In this document: one piece after another, positions 9,850 to 20,403 of the stretch
Layout of the letters: every line of letters begins with the position of its first letter
Numbering within the stretch: position 1 is the stretch's first letter
Origin: Caldilineaceae bacterium
GTDB taxonomy: Bacteria > Chloroflexota > Anaerolineae > Caldilineales > Caldilineaceae
NCBI GenBank assembly: GCA_965204025.1
Contig: OZ241972.1
Location: 4,762,006 to 4,826,005, forward strand
Length of the DNA stretch: 64,000 nucleotides
Direction of reading: 5' to 3'
Notes under the pieces: model-generated
Database searches by the model: none
The model's input: the letters and a program-made list of their open reading frames with translations, nothing else
What the model was told of the DNA's origin: nothing
Program-made: the position numbers and the translations under genes

Positions 9850-10342
9850 CGTGGAGGAGGACAGCTACGGCTGCAAGCAGCTCTACGCCCACGAGAAGCA
9901 ACCGAACTGCTACCACCCCGTCCAGTTCGACCACCACGACCTCGTGGTGTTGCTGGACATCATGGAGATGGCGTTGGCCGCCACGCCGGCCGTCCACATG
10001 CTGGGCGATCTCCCGCCGAACACCGAGCACGCGCTGGCCGACGTGGGCCGCCGCGAGCACGAGATTGTCCGCCATGCGCGCAAACTGCTGTCCAACCTTC
10101 GGCAGGAACGCAAGGACACCCTTGCCCGGCAGCGCGAGGCGGAATCGCGCGAACGCGCACGCGAGGTCGAACAGGCGCAGTGGCGGGCGGACCGCGCACT
10201 GTGGCGGACGGAACGCGAAGGATTTGCCGCCGAACGGGCGCAGTGGGAGCGGGACCGCGCCCGTTGGCAGGCCACACCGCAGGAGACGGACCACAAGGAG
10301 GCCGACCATGAAGGTGCGGGAACTGATTGCGCAACTGAGTGA
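9839..10342 (+). CDS. MYLTV-family coiled-coil protein, copy 1
   Basis: MYLTVEEDSYGCKQLYAHE..HPVQFDHHDLVVLLDIMEMALAATPAV parallels MYLTVKEDIYGRKRLYTYN..HPIELEHNHLRLLVSVMDMALAANPLV at 32417-33016. The tail is highly charged and rich in R, E, Q and W. Confidence 0.7.
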   Translation: MYLTVEEDSYGCKQLYAHEKQPNCYHPVQFDHHDLVVLLDIMEMALAATPAVHMLGDLPPNTEHALADVGRREHEIVRHARKLLSNLRQERKDTLARQREAESRERAREVEQAQWRADRALWRTEREGFAAERAQWERDRARWQATPQETDHKEADHEGAGTDCATE

Positions 10343-10568
10343 GTGCGATCCCGACGCGCCGGTGTGGACGATCGACACCTGCGAGTGCTGCACGACCTTC
10401 AGCGAGCTCGAAGCCGCACACATCGGCGAGCAGCACCTGTCGAAACTGCGGCTGACGACCCCCAGCGCACCGTTCGCGCCCGAGGTGTCGGACGCATCCG
10501 CAGCCTGGCCCAAGCCCTTGGTGGTGATCGCCGGCGGCAGATGGAGCCGGTTCCCGGACTGGCCCTGA
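10305..10568 (+). CDS. MKVxELI small cysteine-motif protein, copy 1
   Basis: RBS aaggagg. Sequence MKVRELIAQLSECDPDAPVWTIDTCECCT...PLVVIAGGRWSRFPDWP. It overlaps the end of the upstream gene. Close paralogue at 31986-32246. Confidence 0.75.
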   Translation, partial: TMKVRELIAQLSECDPDAPVWTIDTCECCTTFSELEAAHIGEQHLSKLRLTTPSAPFAPEVSDASAAWPKPLVVIAGGRWSRFPDWP

Positions 10569-10594
10569 CGGCCCGCCCGGCTTGTCCCGAATGG

Positions 10595-12093
10595 GTTTGG
10601 TATCCTAGTAGTGCAACGAAACTTCATAGTGCCGGAACAGGTACGCGCAGTACCGTCGCCGGCGTTGGGCATGGGCGCGGCGCGCGGCCGCGTTGCGGGC
10701 CCGGCGGTAGTCCACGATGGCGCAGGCGCGGTCGGTCGGGGAGCCGGTGCGGGGCAGGGCCGCATCCACCAGCAGGCAGGTCTGGGGCACGGTCAGGCCG
10801 GGGGCTTTTTTTTGAGCCGCAGCATCTCCCGCACCACGAAGAAATGGGCCAGCATGACGAGCGTGGCGTGGCGGTGCCAGCCCTGCCAGCTGCGGCCCTC
10901 GTAGTCGCCCAGCCCGAAGAGCTGCTTGCCGTCGCGGAAGCACTGCTCGATGGGCCAGCGCAGGCCGGCCAGCCACACCAGCCGCTCCGCGGGCATGTCC
11001 GCGGGGCCGTTGCAGAGGTAGCACTTGAGTTCGTCGGTGGCGGGGTTGCGGCGCAGCAGCAGCCAGACGTCGGGACCGGGTTCGGGGCCGCGCCGGGCCA
11101 CCACGCGCAGGACCGCGCCGAGGATGGCCTGGGGCCCCTTGGACCCGTCCCGCAGGACGAAGGGCCGCCAGGCCGCGGGCGGCAGTTGGTCGGCCACGGC
11201 GCCGACCTCCTGCGAGGGGGCCGAGAAGAGCGGGCGCGAGGGGGAGCCGCCCGTCTCCGGACGCGCGGTCCAGACCTGGGTGTTGCGGGGCACCTCGGCC
11301 AGGTAGCCCAGTCCCAGGGCGGCCACGCCGTCGAGGAAGGCGTGGCTGCAGCCGAAGCCCTCGTCGCAGGTCACCCAGCGCACCGGCAGCGAACCCTCCG
11401 CCACCAGGGCGGTCAGCATGTCCAGGGCCAGCTGCGGCTTGGTGCGGAAGGGCAGGTCCGCCGGCACCCCGGTGCGCCGCCGCCGCTGCGCATGGCTCTC
11501 GCCCGAGACCCAGGCCTGGGACAGATACAGCCGCCGGTCCACCAGGGCCGCCGCCCCGCGCCCCAGGTAGGCCGCGAAGACCGCCGCCTGGCAGTTGGCC
11601 CGCTTGCCCAGCTGGCCGCAGTACTGCCGCGCCACCCCCACCGACTCGGTCCCGTCCTTGGGCATGTCGGTGCCGTCCACCGCCAGCACCCCCTCGTCCT
11701 CGCCCAGGGTCGCCGCCACCAGCTCCCGGTGCGCGGCCAGGAGGGGGGCGTCGTCCCAGCGTGCCTTGCGCAGGAACAGCTGCTGCGTGCGCACCGCATT
11801 GGGGTCGGCCCCGCGCAGGCGCAGGACCATGCGCTCGATCGACTTGCGCGGCTCGTCGCTGAGCAGCCCCTGCAGGTAGGCGTGCAGGTGGCCCTGCAGT
11901 TCGCGGCGCCCGAAGAAGGGCGCATAGCGCGCCTGGTAGGCCCGCAGCCGCCGGCGCACCGACGCGATGTCGGCGCGGCGCAGGGACACGTCGGGCAGGG
12001 AGACGGAGGCGGCGGCCGGGGACATGGCAGGGCCTGGGCTGAGGGAATCCGAACACCGCGATTCTACCTTTCAAAGGTTCGTTGCACTACTAG
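10595..12093 (-). mobile_element. IS701-family insertion sequence
   Basis: 16-bp terminal inverted repeats: ctagtagtgcaacgaa at 10595-10610 and ttcgttgcactactag at 12078-12093. They enclose a DDE transposase gene. Confidence 0.8.
10605..12025 (-). CDS. IS701-family DDE transposase (frame change at the T8 run 10806-10813)
   Basis: 410 aa are in one frame, ending ...WHRHATLVMLAHFFVVREMLRLKKK. The expected tail APGLTVPQ...IVDYRRARNAAARRAH continues in the frame of ORF 10605..12074. Confidence 0.8.
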
Positions 12094-12132
12094 CCCCATC
12101 CCGCGGCCCGTCATATCGCAGGAAGGAATGAT

Positions 12133-12579
12133 GTGAGCGCGCAGGCGACGTATCCCGCACCAACGCTGAAGGAACGCGTAACCGCCACCCTGAAGGTGAT
12201 GGGCCTGCGGCCCGTAATCGCCGCAGAGGCCGCGCCCTTCCTGAACGAAAGCAATCTGCGCGATCCCCAGGGCAACCCCTGGACGCCCGCCACCCTGCGC
12301 GCCTACCTAGACGAGCACGACATTCGCCCGGAGGTGTTGCCCGACATGGCGGGCTTTGTGTTCGGCACGTTCGACGGCTGGAACGCCCGTTCGATCCTGC
12401 GCGCCATTGACCGCGGCCCCGACGAGACCGAGGACGCGCTGCGCCAGGCGATCATCGACGATCCCGCAGTGCGCCGGGACGTGATTGAGGTGTGCGCGGC
12501 CGTCAACGACGATCCCTACCGACCCGGCCTGTACCGGAGGTGGCTCAACTTTGCCCGCCAACACGAACGCCCAGGCTGA
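12133..12579 (+). CDS. hypothetical protein
   Basis: GTG start with RBS ggaagga. It lies immediately upstream of an AbiEii-like gene. No motif recognised. Confidence 0.5.
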   Translation: MSAQATYPAPTLKERVTATLKVMGLRPVIAAEAAPFLNESNLRDPQGNPWTPATLRAYLDEHDIRPEVLPDMAGFVFGTFDGWNARSILRAIDRGPDETEDALRQAIIDDPAVRRDVIEVCAAVNDDPYRPGLYRRWLNFARQHERPG

Positions 12580-13338
12580 CTGGCACGCCCTGCTGCTGTC
12601 GGCTGCCCGCCTGCAACGCGAAGTGCGGGGCGCGGTCCTGGTGGGCGGCACGGCCGTTGCGCTGCAGGTCGGCCATCGGTATTCGACCGACGCCGATCAT
12701 GTGGTGGCCGATCTGACGAGTCGCTATGCGCAGGTGCGCCAACACCTGGAAAGCCTTGAAGGCTGGACGACGGCCCGCGCATCGCAGGCGCCGGTGGTCA
12801 TTCTCGGTTCGCTGGACGGACAGGCCGCGGGGGTGCGCCAGCTCAGGCGCACAGTGCGGCTGGAAACACAAACAATCTCCTACGCGGGGCAGCCTCTGTG
12901 CGTGCCCACGTACGACGAACTGCTGCGCATCAAGGCGTTCCTGGTGCTGGATCGCAACTACACGCGCGACCATGTGGACTTCCTGGCCCTGGCCGCCACC
13001 TGGAACCGGAACGCATTGAGGCCGCACTGGCACCTCTGGACAACCTGTACGGGCAGTTGGCCGTGGCGTGGAGTGCGGGCAAGGGGTTGTTGTACGACCT
13101 GGGCACGGCCTTGGGCAAAGCCGAACCCCGGGCCGCGCCCAAGCGGGAGTGGAATTATTTTGAAGCAATGGGCCCGGACCGGCAGCCGTGGGATCTGGAG
13201 CGTATCCGGCACGCAGGTCCGCCGATGGGCGACCGCATACTCGCCCTCTGGGCGCAACTGGCCGGCGACCGCCGGGAGCCGGACGCACCGGAAGCCAAGC
13301 CGCCGCAGGAGCGGCCCCCGTATTCGGGCACGTTCTAG
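12551..13338 (+). pseudogene. AbiEii-like nucleotidyltransferase, frameshifted near 13000
   Basis: The NTase-like segment AVLVGGTAVALQVGHRYSTDADHVV is in ORF 12485..13459. The continuation LEPERIEAALAPLDNLYG is in ORF 12898..13338. The start is unresolved (TTG 12551 or ATG 12485). Confidence 0.5.
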
Positions 13339-13406
13339 CCGAAGCACTAACGCGATTCCGACACAGCCGCCCAACAGCCGCCTGTCCGAACGCCTACACT
13401 CCGGGC

Positions 13407-13847
13407 ATGGACACAACACGCGCAAACGACATGCCTGCAGCCCCCAGCCGCCGCCTTGAGGAACTCAAGCAGGTGCGCGCCGGCTGGGCGGACGGCATGC
13501 AGCTTGCATCCAAATGGGGCAACGGCTACGGTGCGGCGCCCAGCCACGCGGGCCTTGACTGGCTGGCCGGTCAATTCGAAGCCCACTACCCCGCCGCCGC
13601 CCCCGTGCCGCGGCTCTACCCCACACCCGAGGGCGGTGTTGAGGCCGAGTGGTCGATCGGCCGCAATGCTCCAAGCCTGGAGATCGACCTGACGGGCCAC
13701 ACGGCCGAGTGGCACTGTACGAATCTCGACACCCAGGCCTGGACCGCACGCAAGCTGGACCTGGACAATCCCGACCACTGGCGCTGGATCGCGGATGCGA
13801 TCCATAAAATGAGGGCACACGCGGACCCGTTAACGGGATTCCGTTAA
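13407..13847 (+). CDS. hypothetical protein
   Basis: ATG at 13407 within ORF 13188..13847. Ordinary protein-like composition. No motif recognised. Confidence 0.5.
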   Translation: MDTTRANDMPAAPSRRLEELKQVRAGWADGMQLASKWGNGYGAAPSHAGLDWLAGQFEAHYPAAAPVPRLYPTPEGGVEAEWSIGRNAPSLEIDLTGHTAEWHCTNLDTQAWTARKLDLDNPDHWRWIADAIHKMRAHADPLTGFR

Positions 13848-13855
13848 CGGGGGGC

Positions 13856-14356
13856 TTGGGGAAGGTGGGGAGCCGACCGATGGAACCAAAGATGTTTGTC
13901 GTTTTCGACCTGGACGGCACGATTGCCAACGACGCGCACCGCTCCCATCACCTGGACAAGGAAGAACCCACCGACGACGACTATGCGGCCTACTTCGCCC
14001 TGTGCGGCGACGATCCGGTGTTCGAGCCGACGGCCGAGTTCCTGCGCCAGTTGTGGATGCAGAACCACCGGGTCGAGATTTGGACCGGCCGCCCGGAGCA
14101 TACGCGCGCCGTCACCGAAGCGTGGCTCAACGAGCACGTGTACGGACCGATGGCCAAGTGGATCCCGCCCCTCAGCGCCATCCCGCTGCGCATGCGCGCC
14201 GACGGCGACACCAATCCGGTGCGGACCGTCAAGGGCGCGTGGCTGGCCGCCTGCGGGACAAAGCCCGACCTGGTGCTCGACGACCGCACGTCGTCGGTCC
14301 ACTGGTGGCGCGACCACGGCATCCTGTGCTGGCAGGTACAGGAGAACAACTACTAG
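13856..14356 (+). CDS. HAD-superfamily phosphatase (phage-like small HAD)
   Basis: Motif I FVVFDLDGTIAND is present, and later acidic motifs (LVLDDR) fit a HAD fold. Confidence 0.65.
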   Translation: MGKVGSRPMEPKMFVVFDLDGTIANDAHRSHHLDKEEPTDDDYAAYFALCGDDPVFEPTAEFLRQLWMQNHRVEIWTGRPEHTRAVTEAWLNEHVYGPMAKWIPPLSAIPLRMRADGDTNPVRTVKGAWLAACGTKPDLVLDDRTSSVHWWRDHGILCWQVQENNY

Positions 14357-14542
14357 CCGCCCCCTACGGTTCCCGCGGCTGCCAGGGTTTGGCCGGGACG
14401 CCACCAGCGGACCGACTTGCGGCCGATCTTCAGGGGGGGGGGAATACCCGGTCCGCACGAGGCGGTAGAGGGTTGATTTCGACAACGCGCAGGCATGTTC
14501 GACCTCCTGGCGCTTAAGTAGAAGGGTCATGGAGTCCGACAC
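14353..14542 (-). pseudogene. AlpA-like HTH regulator, broken in a G10/C10 run
   Basis: MTLLLKRQEVEHACALSKSTLYRLVRTGYSPP precedes the homopolymer at 14423-14432. Removing one base gives LKIGRKSVRWWRPGQ..., which is the canonical AlpA continuation. Confidence 0.65.
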
Positions 14543-14648
14543 TGTGCCTCCCGGAACAAGCGAGTGCCACAGTGTGGGGGATCCGCAAGCAGAGTGGAAG
14601 ATGCGAAATTAGCCCCCTTTTCCTACATCAACCACGGGGGAGGACCCC

Positions 14649-14840
14649 ATGCCGAGCAACCTGGCCGAACTGATCCGCAGCCACGCACAGGCCGAAAAGC
14701 GGTCCCCGTCGCCGGCCCTCATGCGGGCGATCCGCAAGCTGCAGCAGAAACAGAAACCAGATCCTGCGCCGGGCCTCCTGCGCGCCATCCGCAACGCACA
14801 GGCACGGGCCAAACAAACGGGGCGCAACTCGTTGCGTTGA
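14649..14840 (+). CDS. small hypothetical protein with an internal repeat
   Basis: Strong RBS gggggagga. The internal duplication is PALMRAIRKLQ and PGLLRAIRNAQ. Confidence 0.5.
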   Translation: MPSNLAELIRSHAQAEKRSPSPALMRAIRKLQQKQKPDPAPGLLRAIRNAQARAKQTGRNSLR

Positions 14841-14864
14841 CAACCGCCGCGCCGCCAGGCAGGC

Positions 14865-16493
14865 ATGCGTCCCTGCGGGTACAATCCCGCCATGCGCGTT
14901 GAGTCCCCCGCACACCACCCGGTGATCGCAGACCCTGCCGCACTGTCCGCACGCGTGCTGGCCTTCATGCGCGCGCCGGAGCCCGTCGACCAGCTTTTCC
15001 GCCTGCAGGACCTGGCGGACCTGGGCGCGCCCGACCGCGTGCGGTCGGCGCTCCGAACCCTGCAACGCGCGCATCTGGTCGGCTCCCCCGCGCCCGATCT
15101 CTGGTTCCCGCTGGTCCGCCAGGTCCGCGACCACGCCGCGGACCGCTTTGTGCCGCCCGCCTACATGCGCCACATGGCCGTGCGGCTGCTGGCGCGCATG
15201 GGCGTGCGCGAGGTGCGGAGCATGGCGGATCGCGAAACGGCCAAGGCCGCACAGTGGCTGGCAGAGCACGGCGGCCAGGCCCACCCGGAGACCGACACGC
15301 CCGACAGTGCGCCGCCGGTCGGCGTGTGGGGCGTGGCGGAGGATCGCGTGATCGGGGTGGACCGCCCCGTGGCCCTGCACCTGCGCTGGGCCAACCGCGA
15401 ATACTTTACGGAATACAAGGATGTGTTCCTGGACCGGCCCCTGGGCGACGTTGCAACTCCGTTCTCAGTCCTGGACGCGGCGGCGTTCCGCACCGCCGCC
15501 CATGCGGCGCAGATCAACCCGATTCGGCTGGAGAAGGATCTCAAGGTCAACCATGTCCTGCATCTACTGCAGGACTGGCGGCCGCCGGGGTGCGACACGG
15601 CCCTGACGGGCGGCACCGCCCTGGCCAAGGGCTACCGGGCCATTACGCGCTTTTCGGAGGACGTCGACCTGCACATATACCCCGAGGAGCCGGGCCCCGT
15701 GTCGCTGGCAACCAAGCAGGCCGTGTGGGACAGTTTCCTGGCCTGTCTGGAGACTCGGGTCGTACCCGTCGTGGACGGCGGTGCCGTCGACCTGCGGGAG
15801 ACCCGCTTCCTCTTCGGGCGCGACGGTCAGGGCCGGTTCGTCCAGCACGCATCCCTGGCGTACGCGTCCCGCTTCGCGGAGGATCTGGGCGATGCGGATC
15901 GCCCCCTGACGGCCCCGGACCGGCGCCATGCCGACCGGCCGTGGGCCGTGCGCTTCGACCTGACCTTCCGCCCACCCCACGAACGCCCGCCGCTCCGGAC
16001 CCAACCCCTGCTGGCCCTGCCGAACGTGCTGGAGTTCCCCGAGGCGGTGGTGGCCGATGCCTGGCCCTGCGTCGCACCCGAGCACATCGCCATTGGCAAG
16101 CTCGACAACCTGCACGGCTTCCTGCATGGCCGCCGCATCAGCGGCAACCTGCGCGGCGGCCCGCCCGTATCGGTCATGCGTCACGTGCAGGACCTGGCGG
16201 AACTGCGCATTCTCCTGTTGGTCCCCGCCCTGGCGGACACGATTGCGCGGGCCATGCCCGCCGCCAAGCGGTCCGAACTGCGGACCGGCTTGGCCGCGTG
16301 GGAAGCGGACTCCGAAAAGCGGGGCTGTTTCGCCGAGTACAGCAAGCTGATGCGCCCCCACCAGGATCCGGCCATGGTGCCGATGTTCGACCAGACACTG
16401 CGCGACCTGCAAGATATGTTGTCCGCATGGAGCGTGGTGGACGGGCGGGAGCCCGCGCCCGTGGACCGGGGCCGCAGGGGAGGCCAGTTCTAG
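14865..16493 (+). CDS. AbiEi-like N-terminal domain fused to an AbiEii-type nucleotidyltransferase
   Basis: The N-terminus (FRLQDLADLGAPDRVRSALRTLQRAHLV) resembles the AbiEi antitoxin wHTH. The NTase core is ALTGGTALAKGYRAITRFSEDVDLHI. Paralogue at 24435-25340. Confidence 0.7.
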   Translation: MRPCGYNPAMRVESPAHHPVIADPAALSARVLAFMRAPEPVDQLFRLQDLADLGAPDRVRSALRTLQRAHLVGSPAPDLWFPLVRQVRDHAADRFVPPAYMRHMAVRLLARMGVREVRSMADRETAKAAQWLAEHGGQAHPETDTPDSAPPVGVWGVAEDRVIGVDRPVALHLRWANREYFTEYKDVFLDRPLGDVATPFSVLDAAAFRTAAHAAQINPIRLEKDLKVNHVLHLLQDWRPPGCDTALTGGTALAKGYRAITRFSEDVDLHIYPEEPGPVSLATKQAVWDSFLACLETRVVPVVDGGAVDLRETRFLFGRDGQGRFVQHASLAYASRFAEDLGDADRPLTAPDRRHADRPWAVRFDLTFRPPHERPPLRTQPLLALPNVLEFPEAVVADAWPCVAPEHIAIGKLDNLHGFLHGRRISGNLRGGPPVSVMRHVQDLAELRILLLVPALADTIARAMPAAKRSELRTGLAAWEADSEKRGCFAEYSKLMRPHQDPAMVPMFDQTLRDLQDMLSAWSVVDGREPAPVDRGRRGGQF

Positions 16494-16609
16494 ACCGGTC
16501 GGCGGCCCCGCGGCGGCGGGCGCCAAACGATCGAACCCCGTACGAGAAACGGAGAAGGAACCGCAGGTGTGCGCAGCCTGCGGGGCTGCGCCGTGGTGTC
16601 CGGCGCGCC

Positions 16610-17883
16610 TCAGTCCGGCTTCAGGGACTTGCGCGACAGGCGGTACCAGAGGATGTCGCCGTCGTCCACCAGTTTCTGGACCGCGCGGTCGTTCTGCACG
16701 CTGGACACCACGGCGTGCGCCTTGACCCCCGTACTCTGCGTCAGCAGATCGGCATTGCGCAGGGCCCGGTTCGAGTCCCCCTCGTTGCGGTGAAGGAGGC
16801 TTCGACGGCCACATAGGCGCGCGTGCCGTCGGTTCGGTGTACACAATCCATGACCAAATCCGCTACGCAGAAGCTCTCCGGGGTCCCGGGCGCCAACGTC
16901 GGGAGCAAGGGTTCGATCAGGTCGTTCAGGTCCGCGCGTTCCAATACCTTGACCACTTTCAGGCCCAGGAGGGCCTGCGCCAGGATGAAGCACCGGGTAC
17001 GCGTGACCCGGCCCGCAACATCGCCCTTGAGGTCGCCCATGTCATCCGTGAGGGTTTTCAGACTCTTGTCTATCCCATCCAGGCGACCCTCTATCCGTGC
17101 CTGGCCTTCGGTGAGGGGTTTCTGGCCCTCCTGTGGTTCGCCCACAATATCGGTGAGGGTTTTCACCTCGTCGGTGAGGGCTTGCACCCCCTCGGTGAGG
17201 GGTTTCTGGCCCTCCTGTGGTTCGCCCACAATGTCCGTGAGGGTATCCACCCTCTCGGTGAGGGTTGCCTGCCCCTCCGTGAGGGTTTTCTGGCCTTCGG
17301 TGAGGGTTTTCAGACTCTCGTCTACCCCATCCAGGCGACCGTCTACCCCATCCAGGCGACCGTCCATCCGGTCCATGCGGCCCGCCAGCCGGACCTGTCC
17401 CTCGGACAGGGTTCGGAAACCTGCGCCCGTCTGCTCGGCGAGGCGCAGGATCGCATCGGCAACGACGCGGTTGTCCGGGGGCCGGTCCTCGGGCTGGTTG
17501 TCCAACACGTTTTTTAGATCCATGAGGAAAGGGTCCCAATCCAACAATTCGGGGTTGGTGTCGGCGTCGGTCTCCATGCGCAACAGGCGTACCTCCACCG
17601 TCCAGCGCCCGCAACGCAACAGGAAAGAACCCAGTTCGTTGTCGGTGCCGTAGTGCGTTGAAAGCAAGCGCTTGAGATCGGCCTCCAGATCCTGTCCCCG
17701 GTGCCAGAGATCCACCTTGACCTGCGGCAGGCGTTCCCACGCATCCGACAGAACCGCCGCGCCGGATTTCAGCAGGTCGCCCGCCTTCACGAGCACCGGC
17801 CGCAGGCGGACGAAGTCCGTCTCCGGATGAGTGGTCGCATCCTTGATTCGGATGGTGGGTTCACGCGGGGGTTTCAGGAACAC
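16610..17883 (-). pseudogene. coiled-coil plus PD-(D/E)XK-like family, member b (frameshift near 16800)
   Basis: ORF 16741..17883 ends FCVADLVMDCVHRTDGTRAYVAVEASFT. The expected tail NEGDSNRALRNADLLTQSTGVKAHAVV...DILWYRL is in ORF 16610..16993. Confidence 0.6.
17040..17400 (-). repeat. In-frame tandem repeats encoding the coiled coil of member b
   Basis: A 39-nt exact repeat, ggtgaggggtttctggccctcctgtggttcgcccacaat, occurs at 17110-17148 and 17194-17232, a period of 84 nt. Many ggtgagggtttt-type 12-mers are also present. The encoded peptide reads TLTEGQ / IVGEPQEGQKPLTEG / GRLDGVD. Confidence 0.8.
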
Positions 17884-17954
17884 GGAGACCGTTCCGCTCA
17901 GGTGACAGCCGGGATTATAGTCTCGATCGAGAGTCGAAGGGACGAAAGGACAAG

Positions 17955-19532
17955 TCAGCCGACGGTTCCGTCGTCATACCGGTCAGGGGTTGTGATTGTA
18001 CCGCCGGGACCCGCGGCCGCAGTGTAGGCGGGCAACGGGTTTAAAGGAAGGAGTGAAGGATCAGCAACACCAAAGCGAAGGCACCGATCATCAGCAACGT
18101 TTGCAACAACCCGGTACCCTGTTCGGCAGGAAAAGGTGTGGGCGTGTCGGCCTCCTGGGACTGCCAGCGACGAATCGTGCGCGGCTTCCTCGCCGAGCCA
18201 CTTCGTTGCGCATGAAGCCCTCGACCGTGGACGCCCCGAGGTTGTCCACGAACGGGAGCGGGGACTGTCCGTTGGCCATTGCTTCAGACCGTGAGCGGAA
18301 GGGCAGCGGCGGATTTCAGGTCTCGATCGAGCTTGGGGCCGGGGCCGGGCGTTCAACGCTGGCGGCGTGCGCGCCATGCGGCCCGCGCACGCGACACCAG
18401 ATGCACCACCGTCACCCACACCAACCCCACGTACAGGCCGGCCACCACCAGGCCGCCAATCAGCGCCGCCGACAGCAGGGTCCAGAAAAGGACATGCTGC
18501 ACGGACGGCGCGAGGAGGAACGCAGGCTGCACCCTGGCGGCAAGGATTGCGCCCCCCCACCACCAGCAACGCCCACAAACCCGTGTAGTTGACCAGACCC
18601 ATAGCGACCCCTTGGCTGTCCGAGGTGTCTTCCTGCACGAGCAGGCCGTACAGGGTGACGGGTTGCGCATGGCGGTCCGCACGGTTTCGGGGTGGCGGCA
18701 CGGTCAGGGGCCGCCAACGCAGGCCGACACGCGCCTGACGCGCCGCGCGGGCTTTGCGCGCGGACTGCCGGCGGGTGCTGGCCCGGGCCGACTGGCGGGG
18801 CACGGTCAGGGTCCGCCGGGCCTGCGCCGCCCCCCGGGCCAAGGTGGCCCAGAGCCGGGGCTGGGCCGGGCCCAGCGACCGGTCGTGTTGGGAACGCACC
18901 AGCAGGTCGTAGGTCCCCTGGTCCTGCTGGTGCCGAAACAGCGTGAAGATGTCCCCTTCCCGATCCATGACGGCGACCAGCCGCACTCCCTCCAGCTCCG
19001 CGGCCAAGGCCGCACAGGCCTTCAGGCCCTCCTGCCAACGGGCCGTCCGGCTCCCGGAGTGCGTGTCGTACTGGATGTGGGGCACGCCCAGCGGCACCCC
19101 CTGGGCATCCAGCACCAGCAGGGAGTGCATGTGCAGGCCCAGTGTGCCTTCCGACGCCCGATTCCGACCGATCAAGCCCAGGCCCGCACAGCCGGGATGA
19201 TCCGCGAAGTTGAGGGCGGTCCCGTCCTGTACGCAGAGCACCCGTCCGGCCTGCTGCATGCGCTGCAGGGTGCGCGCCCGGTGGGGGGGCAGGATCCGGT
19301 CGGGCGTCACCTGCGTGTCGTCCGGCCGGTCCATCAGGCGGTAGTAGCCCTTGACCAGGGCCCGGTCGGACTGCGCCGCACCGGGAAAGGAGGCCTGGGG
19401 CGCCTGGACCCGGGCACAGCGCACCAGCCGCCGGCTCAGACGCACATCCCCCAACGGGGCGTCCCCCAGTTCCTGCTCCGCCCAGCGCGCGCTATCCAGA
19501 CCCGCACCGGAGGCCAGAGGTCGGGGTGCCAT
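17955..19532 (-). pseudogene. IS4-family (Tn5-like) transposase, C-terminal half disrupted
   Basis: The N-terminus WAEQELGDAPLGDVRLSRRLVRCA is Tn5-type. The DDE region runs through VAVMDREGDIF. After about residue 300 the sequence stops looking like a transposase. The IS ends were not identified. Confidence 0.6.
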
Positions 19533-20403
19533 GGTCCGCTAACACCCCGCCGACGGCATCCATGAGGCCCCGGCGGCGCCCCGGCCCCCGCACCCGACGG
19601 TCATCATACGGATCATGAGGCAAGCTCCCGGTCATCGGTGGCATGTAGCCTCATCTTATCGCCGCACCCGGCCGGCTCCCAATACGGCCGGCGAACAGGG
19701 CAGAACGAAAAAAAAGATGTGGGGCATGGGCAGGGCGCAGCCGCGCCAGACCAGATCGCGCACGCCGGCCACGGGCGTTTCGATCAGTTTGTGCCGCAGC
19801 TGGCGGCCCACCTGCGTCAGGCGCCGGTACAACTCCGCGGGAAACAGCCGTACATTGTGCCGCAGTGTGTGCAGGCCGTCCCGGACCAGCAGCAGTCCGC
19901 CCTTCTTGAAGTACATCATCAGACCCAGGTGGGCTTCCCGCGGCGGGGTTTCCCCGGGCGCGGGGGCCCGTTCCGCCGTGGCCCGGCGCAGATCGCTTTC
20001 CGTGAAGGTGGCTGTCTTGGTGGGCGGTGTTTCCCCCCTGGGGATCGGCAGGCGCATAACGGCGGAAGTCTACACGGTTTCACGGCTGCCGGCAGGGTTG
20101 CACTGTCGCCCTTCATCCCGTTTTTGGGTCGCGTTTTCTCGGTCTGGCGGTGCCGCGCCCGGCACGCTGCCCGGCAGCTGTTCGATCCGGATCACCGGCT
20201 CGGTCGGGTATTCGCTTAGACTTGCGGGTGCCACAGGACTTGACCTCCTGTTGGCTGGAAGCATGGGGTGCGCTAACACCGACATGACCAGGGGAGCCTC
20301 GGCAGTCTGCAACGCCGGGGCTTCTCGCTAATGTAGGGGATTCCCTACAATAGCAAGGTGCCGGGCGGGGGCTGCGCGCGAAGGGGTCCTGCGGACAATC
20401 CGG

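Noticed and set aside
10343-12136. 597-aa plus-strand ORF
   Set aside because: It is antisense to the IS701 transposase, whose DDE-family similarity and paralogues support the minus strand.
15254-16844. 520-aa (+) and 426-aa (-) ORFs over the AbiE fusion gene
   Set aside because: They are alternative frames of a region where the 14865..16493 frame has NTase motifs and a collinear paralogue.
17040-17400. Possible CRISPR-like regular repeats (also 60503-60600 and 20753-20822)
   Set aside because: The repeats are in frame inside coding regions and have no unique spacers of constant length. No cas genes are present in the window.
19656-20057. 133-aa minus-strand ORF (…HLGLMMYFKKGGLLLVRDGLHTLRHNVRLFPAELYRRL…)
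   Set aside because: It looks protein-like and could be a transposase or integrase fragment next to the IS4 wreck. I cannot assign a family or exclude the overlapping plus-strand ORFs.
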